Shown here: positions 12,546 through 26,000 of the stretch, in pieces
How positions within the stretch are numbered: the first letter of the stretch is position 1
Layout of the letters: each line of letters begins with the position of its first letter
Assembly (NCBI GenBank): GCA_002633005.1
Contig: NMRA01000919.1
Span: 1-64,000, forward strand
DNA length: 64,000 bases
Direction: 5' to 3'
DNA from: Phoronis australis
Lineage: Eukaryota; Animalia; Phoronida
The notes under the pieces: model-generated
The model's input: the letters and a program-made list of their open reading frames with translations, nothing else
Told to the model about the DNA's origin: nothing
Databases searched by the model: none
Translations under genes and position numbers: made by a program

Positions 12546-15500
12546 CTTTGAAAATATGAAAACAATGTATTTGACACCATTCAAATTTGACGGACGGGTT
12601 ATCGCATTCACACTACTTTTCAATTGTGTGAAGAAGACACACTAAGCTTCCTGAGACCGCGGGAGAATCTCATGTATCAAGTCAGAGAAAGTGAAATCTT
12701 ACACTTCTTATATACAAAAACAACAACTGTGAAGGAAGTTTCTCGTCGTAATGCACCACAGAGTAGATACCGTACATGTGTTGGGTCTTATCAATCGTGT
12801 GGATAGCAGTACTGTACAGTCCAGTATCACAAGCATTGTTACATTACAGGGATATTGACAATAATAAATCAGACATTCAATCAGGTGCCAATAATAAAGA
12901 CTGTAATAAGTAATTGTGGGGGTAATAAACAAATCTGAATGACAATGATCAACCAACCAATCACACACCAGGAATGAGACCACAGTAATAAACTAAAACC
13001 GCGGTCTACGGTTACAATTTGAAACAATGCAAATCTTCTGTCAACAATAAATTATTGTGTAACTACATATTCAGGGCTCGGCATAACGCGTTGCAGGTCG
13101 AGATCTAAAAAATCATGTGTGGAGCGTAAAAACTGTGGAAAATTTTTGCGATCTGATGTTTATATTGTGAGCTGGATTTTGAAAATGTGACCTGGGATTT
13201 TAGCTTGATAGCAAAATGCGATCTGGCAATTTTCATAGCGTCGATATATTACTATAGGGTCAGTTTTGATATCGCAAATATGTCTAGGATGACGCACTCG
13301 TTGTCTTCAATCCTCCGCATGCATTCAGTTGTGTCCGGGCGACAACACCTTTCGAGATCGACCACAACGCCATCTTTGGGACCACCTATGCAGACCCTGA
13401 TAGGAATTACCGGTTCACACTGATTCTGAAAACTAGCAACTTGACAGAAGATGAACATGTTTGGGGTCAACCTTAAAATTCCACAACGAATGACCTGCCA
13501 TCGTCAATGGCTACTCACCAGGAACTCTCAAGAAGTTGCTTTGAGAACGATCTCCGGTACGTGACGTTATCTTACAGTTGTAGCGGCCCGTATCGTCTCG
13601 TGTCCTGATGTTTACTGTGAGATCAGAGATGACAGTGCTTAGGTTGGTCTTCACATTGCAGCAGGTGTCTGGCACGATACCATTGACCGCTACGATATTT
13701 TCATTCAGCCCAGCCATATCTGCCTTGAACCATAGTATACTGCCCCTGAGGGAAAAAGCTGCAAAAAACATAGACTAATGCGGTTTTCTCAATGAGGTGA
13801 ATTTCGTCTAAGCGCTGATCATGTGCATTATGGGACGATTTTCAGCTCGTAAACGATACATACACAAAAAGTAACGAGAGTGGCGTTAATGAAGTAATAT
13901 CCCCACGTGACAATTGGCGAGCACGTCAGGCGTTTACTGACGGTAACAAACTATGATAAAGAGCACTGTTGGAATTAGTGACTCACTATGGAGACAAGAT
14001 CTCAACTAAGGGAGTCGGTCTCCATTGGACAGGAAATGGGTCTGCAGGGAGACGACCTTCGTTTGTGGAAAAACAAGAAGCTGAGGTGCGTGCTGAGGCT
14101 GAGGAGAAAAGGCAGGTGCGAGAGGCTGAGGCTAAGGAGAGAAGGCAAGCCCGCCAAGCCGAAAAACAGATTGAGAGGGAAAGAATGGAACACGACAGGG
14201 CGCTAGCAGCACTTAGAGCTGAACATGTTGCAGCTGAGGGTAACCTTGTTAGGACAACTGGTGAGGTAAAACCGAAGCTACCCAAGTTTGACTAAAAGCA
14301 GCCAGGGCGATATGGATAACGTCCTGGCCGGAAAGGTTCAAGCAGAGAGTCAGGGTTGGACTCTAAGTGAATGGGCAAATAATCTTAGTCTCCCAGGCAT
14401 GGGCCTGCAGGTTTATACCAGCCTTCCAATGGCTAAAGCACTGGGCTATGCTACACTCAAAAGAGTCTTGCTGAAGCAGTATGAGCTGACGGAGTAGGGT
14501 TTTCGCAGGTAGTGCCGGGAAGCATGGGCTGGGAGGGGTGAGACAGCTTGCCAGTTTGTGGCCCGCATACAGCTCCTTAGACAGGTAGATCGACATGTCC
14601 GACTGCGGTAAAAACTTTTCCGAGTTGAGAGACCATTCTTCAACTCAAATCACAAATTCCTGACTACCACAGTCCCTGAGTGGAGACAAGATTCCAAACG
14701 CCGGTCACGGGGAATCCCCAGAGCAGAATCAGGTAGGGTCCACTTTTGAACTCAAAACAACTTTCAAAGAACAACTAAATCATACCATTCTGGGCATACA
14801 CTTCCATTTAGCACACATACATGTACACTGTACTTGCCATCAAACCTGGATCACCCAATTGTTTCACTTTTCGGGAACTACATGTACAGATGTCCGACTT
14901 ATGCCTTTGGACAAGAGAAGACATTCGTAGAAGCAAGAATCTCGAAAGAAGGTAGTACAACAATTTAGCTACCAATGAGCAGTGTTTCCCATGCGTGCAA
15001 ACATCTGGGCGGCAAGCCACTCTTCTGACCGCCGGCGGGAAAACCTAACAGTTGCGCAAAAATTGCTAGCAAAAAAAAAATACGCAACACACGTTACTTG
15101 GCTACTTTCGATGTTCGTGAAATGCACAGGGAAAACAATAATTCGAAATCGGACTTTGAACTCCCCCCCCTTCGTTAAACATAACTATTTCTACCCTCTT
15201 CCTTCCTCACGTTCGCTTAGTGACCTGACTTAAATGTGCATTGGGTACTGCCTGTAGCTATACGTCAAAGCACAGTAATTTAATAACAGTTCGGGACCAA
15301 CCAAGGACCTTGACATAAGTTCAGTTGACGGAAGCGCCATTGTACACCCCTGTACACTCATGAAATGGGTAGAGAAACGGTATATTTTATTCATTCACGT
15401 TTGCAAAAGAGGTCGTACAACAATGTGAATTATATTTATTTCACGAAATCGTGCCTGGATAGTTAATTGAACAATTTGCCAGTCTACTTATCTCAGTAGT

Positions 15501-18500
15501 AGTCTGCGTTGAATGGGACGAACAAATCGCCTGTTAAGCCCCCCTCCCACGTTGCTAGGCTCACCATTGGCGAATTGGTAATGGTAGAGCTTAGTCCACT
15601 CGCCAACTTAGTGAGTGCCTAACTCGCAATTTGACAATAAAAATTATTTTCGAGAAACTTCTCGCGTGTCGACTGACAGTCGGCTCGATCAAATCAAGTC
15701 TCGTCGCAAATGACATTCTTTTTTCGATTTCGACAACGAAATAAATATATATAGCTTACTGGTTTCCGAGAACTAAAATAGTACATCACTCCCCCTGAAA
15801 TCGTGAATGTAATAAGTTTTGCATGGCGGAAAACGTGCTACCCAAATACAGCAAGGTAGTAAAGCAAAGACTGACTGAATATTACCGCCCCGTGAAATCC
15901 TCAAAAAGCCGCATGTTGACAGTTGAAGGTTTCCACAGTAAAGTAATCCCTTAGTTTGTAATCACGAAAGAGAACGCTCTTCAGTCAAATCATTGAATAC
16001 CTGCGGGGTCGAAGGCGCAGGCAAACGTAACACTTCCCCCAGGGCATCCAATTTTCACTTGGGGTCGTGACAGGAAACCATCACCTACAAAACAACGCAC
16101 GTGAACACACGTCAGCAAAAGCACTCAAAATGACATTTTAAACGTTAAGCTACTGCCTTGTGCACAATAAGTCTAAGGCCCTCTTTAAAAGCCAACAGCT
16201 ACTTGGTAGCTCCACATTCCCTTGAACTATCGCCTTACATAGATAAACTCCCAATTTAATATCGACAGTTCCAAAATCTGCACGGTGTTATATTTATAAA
16301 TCCTAACGCCATCCTAACGCCATCACAAGCACAAGCCACTGACGGGGTATCGGCATTTATGATGCATCTATTTGCTTGCTCGAATTAAGTTCTCCCACTT
16401 TAAGACCGGTTGTTCTCTAACGCGCACGTTTAGCAAGTCAGGAACTGTTTTGCTGAAAATATTCAGAATAGCAATCCATTCATCCATCTATTGGGCGCTC
16501 CATCTACCCCCACTGTCCTCCTGACCGTCCGTACGTCCACCTATCTGACGTCTTACAATTTTATTTCCAAGCATAATTTTATGACCCAAGAAAAATGACG
16601 GATGACTGCCATACATTGGGACTATGCTTCTGCTATTTAACGCTTGAAGGAAACATCTACACATGTGTATAAGTGGTTTTAAATCTCGATCATGCAACGT
16701 AGTCTTATTTCCAATGTTAAGTGGTATTCAGGAATTTACGACGGATTATTGACCATAGACGCCAGCGTGCGCGTCCTCTAGAGACCGTAACTGGACTAAG
16801 AATCGATTTGATTGAAGATAATCGTTTCCTATACAGATATTGGTGTAAATTTTGCACTTTCTACTCCGTCACCAAAGACGTCCTACATCACGTGCGTGCA
16901 CACAGCGTCTCAAAGGTAAATCGCTTACATAACTCGAAGTGTGATACTCTAAAGCGTACTTCTTAATCAAATTACCTGAACAAGTTTGAGGTTCGCAACT
17001 CTCTGTTTCGTTGTTCACACCACCACACGGAAGACCGCCAAGTACCGGAGTGGGATTGTCACATGTCCTATTTCTGTTCCTTGTACCACCGCCACACGTC
17101 TGGGAGCAAGACGACCAGTTGGTCCAGTCAGACCAGCTTCCTGTCAAAAAGCATTACAAGCATAGTATTCACTCTCGAATCGCACTATTGGTTTACGAAC
17201 ACAGGTCATTCCTCTTGAACGACATATGTATTCAGTAGCGTAAAACAATTTTGATGTTTATCACACAAAACATGTGTTTCCTCTTGCCTTCTTTCAGATA
17301 CATGGGTTCATTATAAACAAATGAAAAAGTTGCACTAAAAATGCGTTGTGTAAGAAAAAATGTAGCTCCAGAAGAAAATCCGCAGTTTTGAAAATAAAAT
17401 GTCATAAAGGGGAATTTTCATAGACAAAATCTTTTTCACGAAGTAACAGTAGCGCAAAATCGTACACACATACCTCGCAATAAGAAGAATATAAATCGGT
17501 AAATAAAACAACAAGAATGGATCAACTGAAATTTGAAATTTTCAGAGGTAACAACTTCCTTTATCAACAAAAACAGAAATAAAGTAAAATCAAACACAAA
17601 ATGACAATTGACATATAAGATATGAAAATGATACATTTTTGCGTAAAAAATTCAATGACATATTTTAAGTTTTTATGTTCAATCCATGAGGTTCTATTGT
17701 ATTCAGTTTGTCTATCCAATATTGTTCTCTTTTAAGTCTGTGAGGGGTACTGAGGTGTTGGAGTTTTTCTATTATTTGTACAGAAAGATCTTGAATATTA
17801 TGGTTTTTGGAATTGAAATGATTACCTACAGTATCAGAAATGTTTTTATGTATTATGTTAAATCTATGATTACGAAACCGAGTTTGTAGATTATGTTGAG
17901 TTTGTCCTACGTATTGGATAGAACATTTTTTACAAGTTANNNNNNNNNNNNNNNNNNNNNNNNNNNNNNNNNNNNNNNNNNNNNNNNNNNNNNNNNNNNN
18001 NNNNNNNNNNNNNNNNNNNNNNNNNNNNNNNNNNNNNNNNNNNNNNNNNNNNNNNNNNNNNNNNNNNNNNNNNNNNNNNNNNNNNNNNNNNNNNNNNNNN
18101 NNNNNNNNNNNNNNNNNNNNNNNNNNNNNNNNNNNNNNNNNNNNNNNNNNNNNNNNNNNNNNNNNNNNNNNNNNNNNNNNNNNNNNNNNNNNNNNNNNNN
18201 NNNNNNNNNNNNNNNNNNNNNNNNNNNNNNNNNNNNNNNNNNNNNNNNNNNNNNNNNNNNNNNNNNNNNNNNNNNNNNNNNNNNNNNNNNNNNNNNNNNN
18301 NNNNNNNNNNNNNNNNNNNNNNNNNNNNNNNNNNNNNNNNNNNNNNNNNNNNNNNNNNNNNNNNNNNNNNNNNNNNNNNNNNNNNNNNNNNNNNNNNNNN
18401 NNNNNNNNNNNNNNNNNNNNNNNNNNNNNNNNNNNNNNNNNNNNNNNNNNNNNNNNNNNNNNNNNNNNNNNNNNNNNNNNNNNNNNNNNNNNNNNNNNNN

Positions 18501-21500
18501 NNNNNNNNNNNNNNNNNNNNNNNNNNNNNNNNNNNNNNNNNNNNNNNNNNNNNNNNNNNNNNNNNNNNNNNNNNNNNNNNNNNNNNNNNNNNNNNNNNNN
18601 NNNNNNNNNNNNNNNNNNNNNNNNNNNNNNNNNNNNNNNNNNNNNNNNNNNNNNNNNNNNNNNNNNNNNNNNNNNNNNNNNNNNNNNNNNNNNNNNNNNN
18701 NNNNNNNNNNNNNNNNNNNNNNNNNNNNNNNNNNNNNNNNNNNNNNNNNNNNNNNNNNNNNNNNNNNNNNNNNNNNNNNNNNNNNNNNNNNNNNNNNNNN
18801 NNNNNNNNNNNNNNNNNNNNNNNNNNNNNNNNNNNNNNNNNNNNNNNNNNNNNNNNNNNNNNNNNNNNNNNNNNNNNNNNNNNNNNNNNNNNNATTGATG
18901 ACATTTTTATGATATGGACCCATGGTCCACAAAAATTAGATGTATTTTTAGAAAATATTAACAAATTTCACCCTACTATAAAGTTCACTCATGACATTTC
19001 TCAAAATAAAGTCTCATTTTTAGATGTAACTGTCACTCTTAATAATGATAAACTAGAAACTGACTTATTCTGTAAAGAAACTGACAAACACCAGTATCTG
19101 TCATATCACTCGTGTCATCCCTTTCATTGCAAGAAAAGCCTTCCATATAGCCTTGCCCTAAGAATTCGACGCATTTGTTCAGAAGAAACTTCCTTTAATA
19201 ACCGTTTAAAAGAACTCAAGTACTATCTAATTCAACGTCATTTCCCCTTACATCTTATACACAAACAGTTTGACAAAGTCCGCTCAATTACTCGAAATGA
19301 ATCTTTAAGAACTAAAACTAAAGGCAATACTACTAATAGAATACCTTTCATAACTATGTTCAATCCATGTTTAAACGGAATTAGCCAATAAGAAGTGTGC
19401 TTATTTTATATCTCTAAATCAAAGCTAATAAATTCAAGAGGCCTATCCCATTCAAAACGTGTCCCAAATTTGCGTTGTCCGGCAGTAAAAACGACATTGG
19501 AGGTAGACTGGTTAAACACAATACTGAGTGGAAATTGGAATGTAATGCAGAAAATTTATGGTGTTCCAAGTGTTTCAAAATTATCACCAATAAACAATTC
19601 ATTGTATCGGGAGGGACAGTCAATGTAATGAAACGTGGGTAGTCCAAACCTCAACCACAACAGCAAGTCACCTGACTCAAAACGGGGAACACCGTCTAAT
19701 AGTCTACGCCGATACACATCTGTAACAACAGGCCTACGCATGAGGTAACACAGCGGTACTCTACTAGTAGGAGGCAAATACGGATTAAGAATGGCGTCGC
19801 AAAGTTTTGAGACCGTTTGAAGACATTGTTCTTACCGTACTTTGATCAAATTCTTTTGCTGTTAGGCTTAAAGGAGAATGCCCCCAAAAAACAAGCTATT
19901 TTGCATCAATTTAGATCGAGTAGTTCCTCTCGATAATACCAAGTTCAGTTGTTTTACCTGACACCAAACGGCAGACGGATGTGTTGAAATTAATCAATGA
20001 CGTTAATAGGTTTGAACGCAATCTGTTCAGCCGTTCACAACACGCTTACTGGTTTCAACTTATCGCTTGAATGCATAGTTTTATACCAATAAATCATCAA
20101 AATTCGATCTAAACCCCTTGTAAATACATCGAGTTCTTAAACAAACGTGTTGTTTTATTTCACTGTTACGGATTTATATGTATTTGAACGTACCGTAGAG
20201 TACCATGATGGTCGAACACGGGAGTTTGAGTCTGTTTGGTGATCAGTTCGAATCATTCTTCCGTGAAAAACAGACGAAGGAACATATCTGCGAGTTGTAC
20301 TTTTAGATTTTTTCAGTTCTAAACACACAGAACGCTTGTTACTCCCCGCCAGTGGCTCGGATCCCGATCAGGACGGTAGCGGCCGCCGGGACAGCTGGAC
20401 ATCACGAACATAAACCAGCTTAATTTGGACACTAAACTTCTAGTCACAAAAAGACTATAATAGTGAACCAAAGAAATAATGGGTACGTAATTATTTAGGT
20501 GAATTAGCCACGAAACTGAAAATCTACTAGCTTGTCGGGGGCCGCGAAGTCAGGTTCCCCTCCACAGAATCGTCAGGGCAAAGGTTGTACATATGTACAG
20601 TAACAATTACTTGAATAATGTATTTGTATATCGAAATAAAGTTTCCCCTAATATGTGACCATAGCATATAAAATCGATTTACTGTTTCACAACAACTTTC
20701 TGTCAGCAAATACTTAATTAGCATGCGCTCACACGGCCTCGGTGCGCGATCAATTACCTTTATTGTATCTAAAGCCGGTAATGCAGTGGTTTATTCATTG
20801 CTTGCTTCTCAAAACACTTGCACTCACGAATACTCTAAAGGCATTACAAATTGTATCTAATGAGACAGACTTTGTTTCAGTTTTATATAATTCACTTTGA
20901 AACAGAGAGTAGAATAATAAACGCCTACATGGCAACTCGCCCGGCACCAATCCCGACTTAGTCCAGAGCTCACCCGACGAAGACTTCACGGGTTTGATCG
21001 TTAGGTTTTATAGGCTATCAGTTCGAACCGGAATACACTGATCAAGAAATACTAGAGACGTCGTGAACATGCACAGGTAACGGAACGAATGGACAGTTCT
21101 TTGGTAAGCTGGAATTTGTCAGAGAAATGACTGTCGAGGAAATGCCGGCCACAGACACGGAGATGTTTCACGGCCTTATACTTGTTATTCACAGCATACT
21201 TCTCATTCTTCAATACCGCGAGCTACTTCCTAAGCATTTCGGGCTCTCGAGGAAGTCGAAAAACATATAGTACCCGCTTTCTTCGCAGCTTCATAATTCG
21301 GACAAGCGGGAACGATGATATAGTGGCATTGGCAGATGAACCACTGATGTCATAACGCTAAGTTGTCGTGAGACCGTCCGGAGTTGGTATATGGTGCAAC
21401 TCCGGACGGTCTGGGGTCAACAGAAAACCACAGTTCAACTGTGAGTCTACACCAATGTGATAAAGGAGTGTAGTTCTACTTGCTGCGTCAGCTAGAGGTA

Positions 21501-22980
21501 CTTATCTCTTTTATGACGCACAATGTGTGACTGGGCAAAGCGTTTTCAAAATAATGTAGATAAATCAGAGGAGAGTGAGACCCCTGAGGTCCCTGACAAG
21601 TCCTCAATACAATTCTACGTTATGGTCGCTGCGTTGTTTCTCCCCTTCCTCACAGGTTAACGCGACACCTGTCGGCAAGGTGAGGTCGACCAGTATAAGA
21701 GGCGATATGGATATAGATCGATTAAGACGGTAAAAAATATTAATTAAATCGGGTGGAATTCTCTTTTAAGTTTGCACATGTGCACATATGGAACACCTCT
21801 TGGAGGAAATTGAAGACTACGAAAACGAACAATATTCCGTAGGTGCCACTTGATACATTCGGAACATTTCGGGCATTTCGTAATATCTTTATCCGTGGAA
21901 GATATTTCATACCTATATGTACACATGTGCTAAATTCAATGATTGCAGTTAGTAAAACAACCCACAAGACAGAGACCTGATCCGCTGAAACCATTAGTTT
22001 AGCTGTCTCTATACCAAATCCTTATGCTGTTATTATTCAATTTCGCACATGTGCAGAAAACAGATATATCATCACATCACCAATGTTCGTGTGTTTGCGT
22101 ATTGACACACCTCGCATTACAAAAATATTATATTAAGCTACTAGACACGGATACGCTGCCAACCGTGAATTGCTGATAGACTAATGTATCATATATCAAA
22201 ATGCATAACCAAAATCTATGAGAAAAAGTGGTCAATATCAAATTTAGTTTTACTCTCTGTATACATCTATACAAACTTTACCTTGTCGCAGTAACGTTTG
22301 GTAGCTCATGTTTCCGAACAACCAACCATTGCCAGGAAACCTATACCACGAAGCTGGAGATCCTGGATTGAAGTTCTTGATATCTACCTACAATCACAAG
22401 TCCTGTTTGATACCTACATGTAAGTCCGTACCAGTAAATGATTACTCGGCAACGTTTAACATTCAAGTGACCGGCTGGGGTCACGATCCTATAAAACATG
22501 ATAAACCTGTCACATTAAGTTCGGAAATAGTGTTTTTGTCGAACAATATTTCTGTTATTCTTTGTCTGAGTGTGAAGTATATATAGATTATTACATGGCG
22601 AAGTTGTTAACCGCCATATTTAGAGCCCGAGTGGATTTTGGAGAATTAAATTCACCATAATCCACGAGGGCTCTAGATAAGGGGGATAACGACTGGGGTC
22701 TTATTCCAATTTAAAATATTCACGACTGAATTTGATATTAGTTAAATACCATGATTCTGACTGTAGGCATGGTACAATTTAAGAGCAAATAATAAAAATG
22801 ACAATTGAACATCGTTTTCCTAAAGATTTTCAAAAGTTAACATTCCTGTACCATTCTACTCACTTCTAGATTTTAACTTGTTAAGCACTTCCTTTCATAA
22901 CTGTTCGTAAACTTTTGAGCAATTGCCTATTGGCGACGAAATAACGGAAAGCCACGTGAGGACTTTCACGACTCCCAAAG

Positions 22981-23032
<52 letters not shown>

Positions 23033-26000
23033 AAAGTTTCAAAAGCTGTTAATCTCGCTTTAAAACAGTTCTGTGCCAAACTATTTTTGAGGACTAACGA
23101 AATGTCGTCAATTTCCACATGTTTTTGGCAGTTCTTGATGAGTCGACTCGCGGTCGAACCGGTTTCACCACCTGGTGCAAGCATAACACCATAACTGGGC
23201 ATGTTTTGAAATCATTAATTTAAGTGAAAATTTACCCTTAACGGTAACACCCGTCATTCACGTTACAATATGCTTTGAACAATACTCTGAGCACACCAAT
23301 GCCACGGCTAGGTTGACATTGGCTTTCATTCGGCTACGCCACTGGGACTCGGAGACCTTATATGGCTTTCTATTGAACTATTTTCGGACTTTCGATCGTT
23401 ATTCTAAGCTCTTTAAATTACAACTTTGCTAGTGAGATTTCTCGACTGGCATCCATTTTCTACCAGATAAGTCACCACGTTCTCATTTACATTACACCGG
23501 CCATTGACACGGGAGATGCGTGTGGGGAACTGTGAGTTGTATTACTTCAACCCTTTCGTTCGAGTGCCCTATATTCATTCAGAATTGAATATTTCAGTTC
23601 ATTCGTCGGGTACATTCCTTGAAAACCAATGATGTCGGGTAGCGAATTTTCCATGATAACCCTTTTTGCGACTGTTTGGAAAAGCAGTTTCAAGACTAGA
23701 TACAAATGAATGTACATGTATGTGCGTTGTGAAACATCTATAGACCGAGAAGAAATTTCATGGATCATTTGTGTGTATGCCTATTTGCTGCTTGTTCGAG
23801 ATTGACGTTTTCATAGTTTAAGGGACATACATTGTACGTCCGAACAGTAATTGGAGAGGCCATTGGATTATAATTATATAAAATCCCGTTTTGGCAAGAA
23901 ATTGTGGAGATAAATAAACTGCAACTTACTGTTTTCATACACTTTGACAAATGCCTTAAAGCTTTAAAAATACACTGCATTCGAAATGTATGGAAAAACA
24001 ACATCAATTTAGAGCATTATGTAAAACACGTAACAAGCAATGCTGAGGTAATATCAAGGAAAACTTACGTAATCCAAATGCCAGCCGGGCGCTTGTCCAC
24101 TGTTGTCGTGCTTTATTTGTATTTTATATACGTCTCCTACATCAAACGGCAATGTGTAATTGTCTAAACTGTAAGAAAAATGTGCCAGTATTTGTTTGTG
24201 GGGTGCTCATCATCTCACGACAACAAACTGAAACCCAAGATAGTATGGGGGGCGCAGGTTTACTTTCTAAAATATCGATGTCTTAAAGTTTGTCTGTCGG
24301 AGACTGGCCTACATAAAAATCACATCATGTGAGCAGGTCCCAAAATACAGTTTTTCTGTAATCTAAACTTATACATGTAGGATTTATCATGTGTGATACA
24401 TCAGCTCGTCTCACCAGTAAAAACACAAAAAGACTTCGAAAACGGATAGCTACGAGCTGGCAATTTGTTGAGTTGCGTTAGCTCACGAATCTCGCCAGTA
24501 AAGCCCTATCTCGCGAAGATTGTGTGACATTGCATTTTTGAGAGTGTGTTGCAAATATACACTGTACAACAGACGCCTGAGCTGTACCTTAAATCTATCC
24601 ATAAATGAGCTAACAGCTCACGTTAGGTGTGAATGATGTAGCGACTACATGTACTTTATCCTATTGTGTTTTCACACCTTTGCGTGTGTTATCAGCTAAG
24701 CTAAGGCTCATTTGAGTCAGACCAGATAAGCTCGTAGCCATCCGACTGTCCCAAGACAAATAAGAACGCCCCACATCGTACATGTACACACTATTATGTT
24801 ATTGACTGGAATACTTAAGCCAAACTAATCGGCACCAAATTTAGTCGATGTTTTTGTCGAACTTTTGTAAGCCTCGGTATCTAACAACAGTTTCTGGGAT
24901 TTGGCATTGAAAGATTCTCCAAAAGACAGGCGTATAGAACTCTGCGTGTTTCATTCTTTTATTGCATTTGCGCCCTCATTATATACGAAGCTCTGGAATC
25001 TTCATTGAATATTAGTTTTGTAATGCCTCACTAAAAGTCTACAAATTCGAATTAGTCTACACGACTTCGTAAACGACAGTCTTGTACTGTAGGACCAATC
25101 GGATTGTTAAGACAAGTGTTCCGACAAGTCCGCTTGAGATAGAGCGCGCCCGATTCTTTACCGATTTCGTTCGATCTGAGAGGGTTCAATGGCGAGTATT
25201 GTGTTTATTCAAAAGAACCATTGTAAGCAGTTACTGGGCCGTTTACGTCACTTCCTATTGTTGTCCTTGCAATGGAATAACCGCTTTAATTATTGTTCTT
25301 AAAACACCGAAGTGGCATCTCGATAACAAGGATTCTGTACTTAATAAACATAGCGTAGAAAAAGATCATGTCACCTTGAATGGCAGCAGTTTATTACTCC
25401 TTTGTCCGTTAACAATTTTAAGTTCCGATCAAAATTTTACAAACCTTCCTTGTTCCATCTCATCGGCTTCATACGGAAGGCGATACCACGACGACTCATT
25501 CTTTGTGCCAAACAGTTTTACATAGACGTAGGCATCTGTGCCTGCAGTCGGCAAATCGGAAGTCTTTATGTTGAAATCGTATACTGAAATCGAGCATAGT
25601 TCATGACAAAACATATACATGTATGAATGGATGGATGGGTGTTTGGATAGGCAAGTTGAATAATGGATAGACTCATAGGATAAATAAACAACATGTTTTC
25701 ATCATTGATAACTTCCATTGCAATTACGCTTTATTGAGTATCACATTCTCTGTGTTTAAAGGGGCCTGGAACGCGATAAACACTCTAAATTGCAATGTTG
25801 AAAGTGGTTTTCTGGATCTGAAACAAAATTCAACCTGCTAACCAGGTATCTTTAGGGTTCGTTTGTAAATATTTTTAATTTCTGTTGACATCAAAACATT
25901 TTCATTTCGTTTCAGATTTCCAAAAAACGATGAGTCAACTGCTCGCCAATTCGTCGATTTTTCTTCCACAAGGAAAAGCAAGTCTCCCTATTTGGTATGG

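Noticed and set aside
12248-12580. ORFs with NGNNDV repeats (12320-12580 -) and VVVSIN repeats (12248-12508 +)
   Set aside because: They are alternative frames of the METTTL repeat; only the Thr-rich frame fits the splice phase and leads into the TM.
13252-13470. Cys-containing ORF between the Ig and mucin exons as an extra exon
   Set aside because: Its acceptors are not phase-1 compatible with that frame, and Ig exon B already splices in frame to 12545.
17893-18964. Long ORFs of 331-344 aa, and similar ORFs at 52676-52976
   Set aside because: Artefacts of translating N-gaps.
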